From Trichodelitschia bisporula (taxonomy: Eukaryota), in contig ML996691.1 in NCBI GenBank assembly GCA_010356995.1, forward strand, positions 998,174 through 1,062,173: a DNA stretch of 64,000 bases. The letters are read 5' to 3'. This document shows, piece by piece, positions 38,491 to 50,599 of this stretch. Position numbers and translations under genes: made by a program. Numbering within the stretch: the first letter of the stretch is position 1; each line of letters begins with the position of its first letter. The notes below the pieces were generated by a model. That model saw nothing but the letters and a program-made list of their open reading frames with translations. It had not been told where the DNA came from and ran no database searches.

Positions 38491-38761
38491 TCACCGCGGC
38501 CACACGGGCGCGGTCCACCGACTCGCGGTCTCGCGACTGGACGTCGAGCCCTTGGGCGTGGAGGTTGGACTCGACCAGGAGGCGCCGTAGACGTATTCGC
38601 CGTCAACATATTGCGCGTCGCTGTGCCAGGTGTTGCGCTTAGAGCGCTTGACATATTTCTTTTCTAGGCGGTGGAGCTCGAGACCTGGAGGGGTTAGGGG
38701 GGTTTGAGAGTGGGGTGTGGGGGGGGAACGGACGGGCTTGGAGCTTGGTGAAGAGACCCAT
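38491..38761 (-). CDS. 73-aa spliced microprotein
   Basis: AAAATG start, 49-nt intron 38685-38733 (GTCCGT..CTAAC..CAG). Product MGLFTKLQARLELHRLEKKYVKRSKRNTWHSDAQYVDGEYVYGASWSS...PVWPR. Confidence 0.75.
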
Positions 38762-40669
38762 TTTTGACGGTGGGTTGGTGGTGAGTGAGATTTGGGTGGT
38801 GACAGGATTGGAGTGTTGTGATGCGGTGAGCTGTGGGGAGGATATATGTCGTCTGGTCGATGACACCCCAGTGAGACGTGAATGGCAGGAGAGTCGGCGT
38901 TGAAGGGAAACTCGTCGCAGTGTGCAGACGAATTGAGATAACAGATAAGGAAACCGAATAGAGACAGTGTAGCAACCCTTTCGGTGCTGGTAACTCAATT
39001 AGAAAGAATAGACACAATTATTGAAGAGAGGTCGTATGTAGATCTGACGGAGAAGCCAAAGGAAAATCGGTGGAAGCAAGCAAGCAGCGAGATCGACAGG
39101 CACACGCGGGCGGCCGCGGCCAGCCTTAACACGTTTTCTATCGCTCCACATTCCGCTATCTCCACCACGGGCGCTGCTATCGACAACCGGCCATCACGCG
39201 AGGGCGCCCGCCTCAGCGCCGCGCGCCGACGCCCACGACGCCGCGTATTGGTGGTGGCGCGCCGCACTCGGCTGCCCACGATCCTGCGACACATTGCGCA
39301 AGGCCGCCCGAGCGGCAGCAAGGGGAATGTACGGATGTATGATCAGCAACTGCGTTCTCTACCACCGCAGGTACGCACATAGGTATCTCATCCCGAACAT
39401 GGCCATGATTCGGGTAGGTAGCAGGAGGTGTGGTGATGGCTGCCGAAACGGAAGGGAAGGGGTCTTTGTGTGGATTCGGGCTAGCGCGACGCCCACGCGG
39501 CCGAGCGAAGGGCCGGGACCCCCGCTTAGCTCGTGCTGGCCCGTGTTGAGTGCCGGATGGAAGTGGGCGTGCGGAGAAGCTTGGCGGCTGGGAGAAGCGC
39601 AATTTGCGCCGTGAACTTCTTTGTGGGGCGGGGCGGGCCTGGACTCTGGCTGTTAGCGAGAGACAGGAGAATAATGTTCCGCTGAACGGGCGGGGTTTGA
39701 TTTTGCTATCAATACATCCGTAATATCGCCACAGGAACATGACTTGGATACGGTCTCAGCAGGAGAGATTGTGCGAGCAGCGGCGACATGCATCGTCTCC
39801 TGCGCGCGACGTGTCGACTCGTACCGTACCTCTCCTCTTCCGTGCAGCTTGCGTGATAGACAAGCCTCGCCATTTCGTAATTCCAGAACCCTAATGCCGT
39901 CCCCTGCGCTTTCTTGACAGCTGCGTGCAGGGCTGGTTGGCACACCGACGGCGGCGCCGCTGGATACCTCGTGGTACTGACTCGGGATTGGGGCGTGGCG
40001 AAGGGATTTGGTATCTACGAGTACTCGCAACGGCGATTATCGAGATAAGCGTCATCATCACCGGCAGCGCGGAGAAGCTTTGCAGTATGCTGCTATCAAC
40101 GCAGTGCGACAAGACATGGTAGAGGTGATCAGGCTAGACTTGCCAACGCAGCCCCCCTGACGCCAAACCACGATATCAAATTGCCCGAGATCGCGGGGGA
40201 GTGCAAAGCCTTTCATCTTACGCTTTGCCGTGCTGACGGCCTCGCCCCAACCTACCTTCGGTATAACCCGAATTAAACTGCATGTTCGATCTCGTTTCAC
40301 AGGAACGTACCGCAATGGAAACGAAATGCCATCCAAGCCTCGTGGCATCAATGGTTCAACAGTCGCTAAACATTATCTCTACTCTTTTAGTGGGAGTCAC
40401 TGCAATACTATTGATGTCTAGCAGAAGAAGCCACCTGCAGAGTGCTCGATAACGACATGCTTTCTACTTGCCGCTACTGTCTAACTCCTAAAGAAATCAC
40501 AGCCGAATGGCATGACTACAGGATGCCCATACCAGCCGATGCGTGGCCATACAACCAATTAGTTCGGATACAACCCAATCGCCTACCACGTCTAGTTAGT
40601 GCTTGAAGAGTAACTTCCCCACACATCCTTCATCAAACTTCATTACAAGCCGATCGAGGGAATCACAAG

Positions 40670-43600
40670 CTACAGGCGCGACTCCGGCACAACACCGTCA
40701 ATTACCGCGACGGGCCCCACGTTCCCAGAGTCGGTGCTGCCTGTCAGGCCGGAGATTGTCGAGATGACATCGGCGGGCTCAAGCAAATGCCAGGTCGCCA
40801 GAGTCTGCTTGTTGCTGGGGCCAACAGTGGTGGTGAAGAGGTGGCTAGGCGGGAGCGATGTCTGATGGAGAGCGCGGAACATATCTCATTGTTGTTAGTA
40901 TGTATCATCACAAATAGTGGATGGTGTATGACTCACCTTCGTCGGTGAAATCGTCACCAAGACAGAGCACGAACTCCGGCTTATCTTCATCGGCCCCGTA
41001 CCCCTCAACCAGGCGCTTCGCAATCTCGCCCTTGTTGACGAAGCGAGGCCGAACCTCGAGATTGGCCTTGCCAGTCATAACGTCAACATCGTACTTCTTT
41101 ACCACCGTGTCGGTGAGTTCCTTTTGGCATAGCTGAGCTTGATGAAGGCCGTACTCGGGATCCGCACGACGGTAGTGCCACGTGAGAGCAATCTTCTTGC
41201 GCTCAATGAAGGATCCTGCACCTCGTCAGCTTTTTAACGTCACGTTCAGCGAGCAGCAAATACCCTGCGTCTTCTCGGTGTACTGCTGGAACACATCCAG
41301 AACCTCTTGCTGCCAGCCCATGTCCAAGTGCTCGGTGATGTTCTCCCACTCATCGTGCTGAGGGTATCTCATGAAGCTACCATGCTCGGCGCTCAGACCG
41401 AGCTCGGGAATGTGGCCCATCCACTCATCGAGGAATGCCTGGTCGCGACCGCTGATGATCCACACCGCATTCTTCGGATCCGACGCCAACGTCTTGAGCG
41501 TGCGGATGATGCGATCCGACGGGATGGCTGCCTGTGGATCACGAACAATGGGCGTCAACGTGCCATCGTAGTCGAAGAGGAAGAGCCGCTTCTTTGCAGC
41601 ACGGTACTGGAGCAACAACTTCGTCCGATCTAGGGCAGGCGTGGCAATAGAGTGGTCGAAGGACTCGAGGTTGGTTAGGAGGCGCTTGAGGAAACCATTC
41701 GTCCAGGCCTGAACATTGTGGGTGACGACATGCTTGTAGAGGGCGTCGTGTGTGGCGGTCCTTTCCTCCGGTGGCATGGTCAGGGCCTTGTTAATGGCAT
41801 CTGCAACGCCGTTGAAGTCCCAGGGATTGACGTGGATGGCATCGGCTAAGATGCTAGCTGTACCAGAGAACTCTGAAAGGATGAGTTGCCCTTTATTTTC
41901 CTTCTGGCAGATTATGTACTCAAGACTAGTAGTGTTCATGCCATCACGAACGCTAGTGATGAGACCAACGTCGGCAACACGCAGAAGAGCGAAGTACTCC
42001 TCCTTGGCCAGATATTGCGGGAAATGCTGGACAGGCGTAAAGCTCAAGGATCCATATTCGCCATTGATTTTGGCCACCAAGTCGGATATCTTGTTGATGA
42101 ACCGCGTTTCGCCATCGTTACCTTCCGTGTTAATCTGACTTGGGCTGGTGATTTGAATCAGGACCACCTTCCCTCGCCACTGAGGATACTTTTCGAGAAA
42201 CTCTTCAAACGCTTGGAGCTTCTGTGCTACACCTCGAACAGTGTCCAAGCGATCGCGTCCAATGATGATCTTGCAGTTGCCATAGACCTCGCGGATGGCG
42301 CGCGCCTTTTCGTCCACCGCAGGATCATTGAAGGCGACATGCTGGATCGAGGCGGCGTTTATGCCAATGGAAAAGACGTCAATCGAAACATGCACTCCAT
42401 AGGCATCGATACCGGTTGATGAGGAGTCATATCCGAGGACTCGAGTGCAGCAGGATGCAAAATGGCGGGAATAGCTGTAGGCTTGAAATCCGACCATGTT
42501 GGCTCCAAGCATGCCCTCCAGCAACTCCTTTCTCCGACTCAGGCAGCGAAAGTACTCGCTGCTCGGGAACGGCACATGCAAAAAGAATCCGCTGTAAATG
42601 TTCGGAATCCGCTGGCGCAACATGCTAGGGAGAAGCATAAGGCTGTAGTCGTGGATCAGAACAATGTCGCCCGGCTGGTAAATCTCAAGGATGCGGTCTG
42701 CGAACTGCTTGTTCATCCGATAGTAGTCAGCCCAGGCCTGTCGCGAAGCGCGCCCATCGGTGGGCTCCTGCTGCTTATAGTGGAAAAGAGGGTAGAGCTC
42801 CGTCTCAGCGAAACGGCGCCACCGCGTCTGGTTTTTGATGACATAGGCATCTTCTTCCTTGTCCACTGTATCTACAAGCCAGACGGGAACAATTTTACCG
42901 CCATGGTCGTACTGGAGTTGTTTCTCCAGACGTTCCCGATCAGAACGTTTAATGCGAAGACCAAGATTGCTGGGTGTAGGCGGTTTGATCGTGCCATCGA
43001 CAGGAATTGGCGCAGCAGCGGGGTTGGTCGTCTGCGAGATCGCATCCGGCATTCCAGTCCCGGCTTCAGAGGTGGGGAATGCTCCGGGTTCCTTTCGAAT
43101 CTCACCCGTCCAGCCGACCAGGGTATGGTTCCACGGGGACGACGATGACGCCAGATATGAGAATGAATCGAATAACGCCGACGTTCCGCGACGAGGGGTC
43201 AGGTTCTACCGACTTGTGAGCCAGAATTCCGAGGAGTTTATAGAAAGCACCTACCCAGTCTGCATCTGGGGCGAACCCGATATTGTATGGCACGAGGAAG
43301 GTTGCGCTGATGATCCGGCCGCTAAGATTGAGCTTGGGATGCACAGCTCTAGGGTCGGTATGCGAAAGATCACTCTCCGACTTCAGCGGCTTGATCGACT
43401 CTTCGCCGATGGCTCCGGAAGAAGCTTTGCTATTCTTTTTCCCCTCCATAAGTTGCTCTTTCACAAAGTACGTGTTGGCGTTCCATTGCGGACCGGGGGT
43501 CGCGGTTGCTGGGTCGAAGCCGAGCTGTTCAAATTCACGAACATTCTGCTCGAAGTACGCAGATTGTCCAGAGGCATGGACACCAGGAGTAACCGGGGGT

Positions 43601-44055
43601 GGTTCTTTCAGGGGCTCTGGAGTATCGACATGGCGACCGGCCACCTCCACGCTCGCGGGAGGTGCGGGGTCGCTTTCTTGAGAATCGCGCTGCATGGTCA
43701 GTCTTTCGCACTTCCGAGGAGACGTGAAGTGGAAGAGTGAGAAGGGAAATGGTTTGATAGAGTGGAGGAACAAGACTCGCTGCCGGCGATCTTGGGAGAC
43801 CTTGCCTCGCGGCTGTACGGGGCAGGAGCTTGGGCAGGGGAAAGCAAGAAGGAGCGTAATAACGATGTCATAGCAGGGCAGAACCTAGGATTGCCTGAGG
43901 TGTCTCCGCGCATGCACCCAGTTCTGATGTGGATAAAGCATTTTGGACGGCAAGAATCCGTGATTGCAATTGATCCAGCAAGGAATATCTTCTTTTCGGA
44001 ATTTAAAAGGGGAGGAATGTTGTCTTAAACGTACCTCTGCTTCACCTTGTTGCAT
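40670..44055 (-). CDS. TPS2: Trehalose-6-phosphate phosphatase (GT20-like plus HAD domain), 4 introns; alternative start at 43695
   Basis: IHDYSLMLLP, FFLHVPFPSSEYFR, GRDRLD, VRDGMN, intact HAD motif FDYDGTLTPI, SAEHG, NKG and GDDFTDEDMF. Confidence 0.94.
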
Positions 44056-44982
44056 TGTTGTTGTTACACCTGACAAACACCGTAGTAGGGCGAAAGTTCG
44101 AGAGAGGGATCTCGGGCTAAGGGTCTGGGAGCGGACAGGTACTTGGTTACATAGGGAACCACGAGAGTGGCCTGGGCGAAGGGTGAGTACCGTAGAAGCG
44201 GTGAGGAAGGGAGGGGGAATGGAATTGGCCAATGTTCAAGGACAAAAAGAGACACCAGGCAAACGTCCTTAAATAACTGGAAGATGAGAGACAGAATTGT
44301 TCCTCCCGTTCTATTGTACCTAGGTAGTTGCCCTGGAAGAGGCCCGGGAGGGGTTTGAAGCTGCAGAAGTAGAGTGACGTAACGCGGCGGAGGAGCTGTT
44401 TAATTTTTGGCGTTCCCCGCTGCAACGAGTTCTCCCGCACATTCAGAGTGACTGCCCGCCTACGCCATTATGAACCGCTCCATGTATTTATTCATGAGTC
44501 TGTAGGTGTAGAGACATGCACTGGACGTTTGAAGCTTCAAATGCGAGTCGGTGATCACCTTTTATTTTGTACACGGCTCTGCGTTCTTGATCATCGTTAC
44601 AGCGCCTGGACCCCCACGACCCCTTGAGCATCCCGCCCGTGGCTGGTGCGGCTCCATCCAGGCGCGCCGCCACATCAAAGTGCCCCGCATCTAACTTCAA
44701 GTAGCTTAGCGTCCTCCATGCGTCATGCTTGGAGCCTGATTTCGCACGGTGTTGCTGCCTCATCTTGCGGCCCTCCTCAACGGCGGCGCGTGGATGCGCA
44801 GCAAGAAGTCAACAATCTCCTTCACCACTGACTGCGTATCCCTCTGTCTTGCCCGTCACTCTTGAATATCTGATAGACTATTCACGAATCCCCCATCCCT
44901 CTTTAAACCACCTCCCAGGCTATCAGCTGTAGGATTCACCACTCATGACCTTAACCCTCTGACGTCGGTTTGCTCTCTCGCC

Positions 44983-47900
44983 ATGGACCCCAACGTCTCC
45001 AAGGCGTTGACCGACAAGCTGTACGACAAGAGGAAGAGTGGCGCCCTTGAGTATTTACGAGTCCTTACCTGTAGCCACTCCATCTAATCGCGTATAGACT
45101 CGAAAATCTGATCCGTGACGCCCTTGCCGCTGGAGATCACGACCGCATTTATAAGATAGTGCAACAGCTCTGTCATGATTACGCCTATGTGACCACCCAA
45201 GCACATGCTAGGAACGGCGGGCTGATAGGGCTGGCTGCCGCGGCCATTGCGCTGGGACCAGAGGTGGCCCGATACCTTGAAGACATCGTTGGCCCCGTTC
45301 TGGCCTGCTTCGCCGACCAAGACGCTCGCGTTCGCTACTATGCTTGCGAAAGCATGTACAACATCGCCAAAGTGGCGAAGGGTGAAACTTTGCTCTATTT
45401 CAACCAAGTGTTTGACGCACTTTGCAAGGTTATGCTTCCCGAAAACTGCTTTTTCATATCTGACCAAGCACAGCTCGCGGCAGATTCCGAGATGTCCGTA
45501 AAGAACGGTGCGGAGCTGTTAGACCGATTGATAAAAGACATTGTCTCGGAGTCAGCGGCCACTTACGTTTCCGTTCTTCATGATCGTTTCGGTGCTGAAG
45601 CGAACGACGAGACGGCTGTCCACGAAGAGCCGCCGACGGCATTTTCCCTTCAACGCTTCATTCCTTTGCTGAAAGAGAGAATAACGGTGATGAATCCATT
45701 CACGCGTGTCTTCCTCGTCTCTTGGATCACCTTATTAGACTCGATACCTGACCTGGAACTGGTTGCGTATCTTCCGGAATTTCTCGGTGGTCTCTTCAGG
45801 TTTTTGAGCGATTCCAACCCGGATGTCCATTCTGCCACCCAAGTTGCGCTTGAGAAATTCCTTGCCGAAATCAAGAAGATCGCACGGCTCAAGCGTGGTA
45901 TTGCAGAGAGCAAGCGGAGTCAGGCTGATGATGTCATGAAACGGTCCGATTCCGCTACCAGGAGTCGAAGCCCCGGGAGTATGGTTAGTGCCGACAGCGA
46001 CACAGATGACAATCCTCAAGATGAGGCAGCCTTTTCAGAGAACGATGATGAGGGAAGCGACAGAAGTAGCGTTGATGACGGAACTTCCGGCGAAGAGGAT
46101 TGGATACCAGGTCAAGATGTTCAGATTGACTACACCAAAATTCTGGAGATATTGGTGACGTTTTTAGGGGGCTCGTCGGGTGAGAACATCAAGCATTCGG
46201 CACTCCACAAACTGACGAAGGCAGAGGAAGAAATACAGCTGACCGCGCTCCGATGGATCGATTCCTTCTTTGATATTGCCCCCGAAGAGATGCTTGCCTT
46301 TATTCCGAGGCTTCTGTCGCACGTGCTTCCCGCCTTGTCAAACGATGTTGAGCAAGTCCGTCAGGCTGCAAACAAAGTGAACGGATCGCTCATGAACTAC
46401 ATCCTCTCGCTCCCCGACGAGGAGCCTAAAGTGGAGCGTCCTGAGCCGCCTCCAACCCAGCCTGCCGCACCTACCGGTGGGGTCACCATGGAGCGGAGAG
46501 AGTCTGCCATGTCGTCCAAAATGTCGAGATCTGCCGGGAGGCCCTCGGACGTTGACTCCAGAGCCGCAGAGAAACCAGTGCAAACCGATATGCCCCCCCC
46601 ACCCCCCGCCGAAGAGCAAAGCGCGCTGCCGCGGCAATCATGGAATCTTGACTATGGAGCTACAGTTAATGCTCTGACGCTCCAGTTTCTCAATGACCAC
46701 GAAGCGACGCGTGTCGCTGCACTGACCTGGTTGATCGAGCTTCACCGGAAAGCCCCTCCTGGACGTAAGCTCGAAATCAATGAAGCGACATTTCCCGCAC
46801 TGCTGAAGACGCTGTCGGATAGCTCGGATCTCGTCGTAAGGCGGGATCTGACCCTTCTTTCACAAATGTGCAAAAATACCGATGATGTCAAGTTCACGGC
46901 TTTCATGATTGACCTCCTCAAACTCTTCGGGACGGATCGTCGGCTGCTGGAGACGCGAGGCAATCTTATCATTCGGCACTTATCACTGGGTCTCAGCGCT
47001 GAGCGAATATACCGCACGCTCGCCGACTGCCTTGAAAAGGACGAGGATATCGAGTTCGCCAGTATCATGGTTCAGAATCTCAACAACAATCTGATCACGG
47101 CGCCGGAGCTTGCTGATGTTAGGAAGCGGCTGAGAAATCTGGAGACTCGAGACGGGCAAACATTCTTCGTGACCCTCTTCCGGTCATGGTGCCACAACGC
47201 CGTCTCGACATTCAGCCTCTGCCTCCTGGCACAGGCTTACGAACAGGCCTATAATCTGCTGCAGATCTTGTGAGTTGCTAGATTCTCTATATATAGCTGC
47301 TGATAGTAGCAGTGCCGACCTTGAGATGACTGTCAACATGCTCATCCAAGTCGACAAGCTTGTACAACTTCTAGAGTCTCCCGTGTTTACCTGTAAGCCT
47401 TCTCGCCAACTATGTTGGCCATATAATAACGCGACAGATCTTCGCCTCCAACTTCTAGAGCCGGATCGGTATCCACACCTGTACAAGTGTTTATACGGGC
47501 TCTTGATGCTCCTGCCCCAATCCTCAGCCTTTGCCGCGCTAAAGAATCGCCTCAACAGCGTCAGCGCAATCGGCTACCTCCACATTCCACTTAGAGCGCA
47601 TGTCCCCCCTCACGCCACCTCTTGTATCTCCTCACTGACCACCCAAAGCAGCAACCCAACCACCCCTAGCGCTAGCACCGCCAACTTCGAGCGTCCGGAC
47701 CGGCCAAACAGGCTAAAAGCCCGTGAAGAAGGGGGCATCCGTTGGACCGAGCTGTTGGAGAAATTCCGCGCGGTACAAGAACGTGCCCGGCGCGTTGCCC
47801 GCGGGTCCACGCTCCCAGAATTCGCTTTCGATGGCACGCCCGAGGATATCCAGGCTGCGCCACCGCCGCCCGTTACCGACAAGGAGCGTCGCGCTATCGG

Positions 47901-48096
47901 GCTCGCACCCGGTGTGGTGGAGGCACGTGCTATGGCCACGGGTATTCCGGTCGTTGGTGGGGTGGGCCGACCGAATACGCCGGCACAGCGTGCGTCGGTG
48001 GCTACACAAGGGAGTGTGGTGGGAGCGAAAGGGAAGCCGGGACTTGGGCTTGGGCGGTTTGCCGGGGGCGTAGGGGGAAGGAAGACGAAGCGGTGA
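44983..48096 (+). CDS. VAC14: PI(3,5)P2 regulator scaffold Vac14, 6 introns
   Basis: [76 protein letters not shown] and [18 protein letters not shown]. Confidence 0.96.
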
Positions 48097-48976
48097 TAGG
48101 ATGCTTGTGGGTTAGGACCTGGCAACGTGGGCTGGTGTGCGGCGCAATGTGTGGCTATGCGCTTTGGGCCCCGATGGGCTTTCTTCGAGGAGCAGTAATG
48201 GCCTTTGTTGGGTCTGTGCTTATTCTTGAGTGCTTTGTCAGTATACCCTCAGCTTGGCGTAGAGGATGCTAATATGACAATGATTCGTGTACTCCTTGAG
48301 TGTTGCCTTGGCTGTCGGATAGTGGCTATTGGTTGTTCGACTTACGAACTCGGGACTTGGCTGTCGTGATAGTAGTTCTAGAACCAGCTATTGGTTGCTC
48401 GACCAACGAACTGGGGAGATGCTGGATAATCTAGTCTCCATTGACTCGCCCACAGAAATACCGGTAAACTTCCTTGATATCTTCTCGCCCCAAACCCACA
48501 CCTCGAAACCATAAACAACTCTGCTCCATTATATGAGTCCCAGCTCCTCAAAAGGCTATGGTTCACTGAGACTTTTCCGACCTTCCAAAGCGGCCTTCCA
48601 CGGAGAACAATAGCCTTGTCCACATAAAGAAAGGGGGAAACAACACCGGCATTGTAAATGCTCACTCTCCACTCGACAAAGCTTACAGCAGACTCATTAC
48701 TCTCGTTCACAACCCGAATTCTCATTCACAACCAGAACCGCACGCTCACAATCCGAACAGCATCAAACCTATGTAAGGGCCAGCCTTGCCCTAGAGCCGA
48801 TGGTTCTTCAGGCGAGCAGTCGCCTCGCCTGTACTACACTCCCGCCTCCCCACCAGAGGTCGTGGCAATGTAGCCACGGCCGGAGGTGCTGGAGGCGGTG
48901 ACGACCGGAGTGAGTATACATCCGTATATGCCTCTGCAACGGCCTCTGCAACGATTTCGCACTCCGGGACCTACCT

Positions 48977-49422
48977 GGCGACCAGAGTCCCGGCCACAAA
49001 ATTCGCCATCTCGACCAGATTGCCTGCCGTCGGCCGCCTGAAAAACATCCTGCTGGACAGCAGATACTACGATGTGGGATCTGTGGTCCGGACGATCAAA
49101 GTCCCGGCCATCAATATCAAACATATCGAACCGATTGCCTGCCGTCGGCCGCATGAAAAGCACCATGCAGGACGGCAGATACTACGATGAGGAATGTGCC
49201 GCGCGCCTTCAGATGGAGGACATCGGCCGACCTGGCTCCGTGCCTCATCCACACGCAGGCATGAGGGGGGGGGCACATGCGAAGCACGCAGCGCGGCCTC
49301 AGCCGATGCCATGGCTAAGTTGCAGACGCCGATTCAGGATCATATCCTTCGCACGCATGCCGGTCCCCATACAGAATGGCAGATACTACGATGATGCGGC
49401 GAGCCGCCAGATGGAGGACCTT
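48977..49422 (+). repeat. Degenerate direct repeats (two ~100-nt copies plus a third partial copy), probably a decayed repeat-protein ORF
   Basis: gattgcctgccgtcggccgc..tgaaaa..ca..c.tgc.ggac.gcagatactacgatg occurs at about 49018 and 49133. gcagatactacgatga...cagatggaggac recurs at about 49175 and 49379. Confidence 0.8.
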
Positions 49423-49718
49423 AGCCTTTGCAAGCGTCGGACGGAGATCACACATGCGTCTTCTCGGCCTGGTTGCTCTCAATCCTATACAAAATGACTT
49501 TTGAACCTTTGTCCTTCAGACTATGTGAATCGTTCAGATCAGACAGGATATGGCCTCCGGATTTGGACAGAATCCTCGAAGAGCTGGACAGAGACATGTG
49601 GCACAGTCCTCCTCCAGTTACCGCATCGGGGGACATTCCGCACCCTATTTCCCGATTGTGGCCCTGCCCTGCACAATTTCCTCCAATATTGCCTCAGGAT
49701 ATTCTGCACACCTCACCG

Positions 49719-49959
49719 AACGCCGAATTACTCTACTCAGCACGCATGATTTTCAGCCTGGACATATGTACTCCATCGTTCCAGTTTCCAAAGGAGACGA
49801 AGGAACCAGCACCTTTCTTTAGTTATAGAGGAAGCGAAACTCCAGTCAATAATAACTAAAGAAAGGTGCTGGTTCCTTCGTCTCCTTTGGAAACTGGAAC
49901 GATAGAGTACATATGTCCAGGCTGAAGATCATCCGTGCTGAGTAGAGTAATTCAGCGTT
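49719..49959. repeat. Long inverted repeat: 108-bp arms, 4 mismatches, 25-nt spacer
   Basis: 49719-49826 is the reverse complement of 49852-49959 at 104 of 108 positions, with no indels. Confidence 0.97.
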
Positions 49960-50599
49960 TAGAGGGACAGGGTCACAATCAGGAAACAAGGTGAGTCAAA
50001 TACTCGGCATGGGTTATGTACATACATCGAGGCATATGGACAAGTACTATAAGGGGCCGCATTGGACTTAAAATAAAAGTTATACGTACATCGAGAATCC
50101 AGTTCTTTGGTATTCAACTTCTTCTGTGATGGGAGCATGGCTTGAGACGTGCAATGGTATGGTGTGAAGTTAAAAATGGTAAAAAGAATGAATGTGAGAG
50201 AGTTAGAGACGCTCAAGACTAATTATACTGTTGACGCTAAGTATCCTCCTATGCCCCTTCCTGTATCAATGCTTCTGCCTTGTCTACCTCATCCCCTGCA
50301 CAGTTCCCCCAGCCTGATGTCTTAAACAGACCGTAAACCCTTGTGAGAGGTGATTGGCAACGTAAACAAGTTTCCCATTTGCAGGCATATACGTATACGG
50401 ATCAGAAATCCGCATCGTGCATTTCATCGTCGAACATGGTAGAGGATCTTCGTACTGCTTACACTCGGAGGTGTTCTCGGCATGGGCATTGAGGAGCGCG
50501 CGAGCGCAGTCGTAAGCTTCCTTTGCGGGTACCACGGCCTCAGTAAGGGTAATTATGAGTCCTCTAATCATCGGAGTTAGTTTCTTGGTCAAATCTGCA

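Noticed and set aside
48977..49422. CRISPR-like repeat-spacer array
   Set aside because: Eukaryotic context, unequal spacing, homologous 'spacers' and no cas genes.
49719..49959. MITE interpretation of the inverted repeat
   Set aside because: No target-site duplication, no second copy in the window, and one arm is continuous with an ORF. Not excluded genome-wide.
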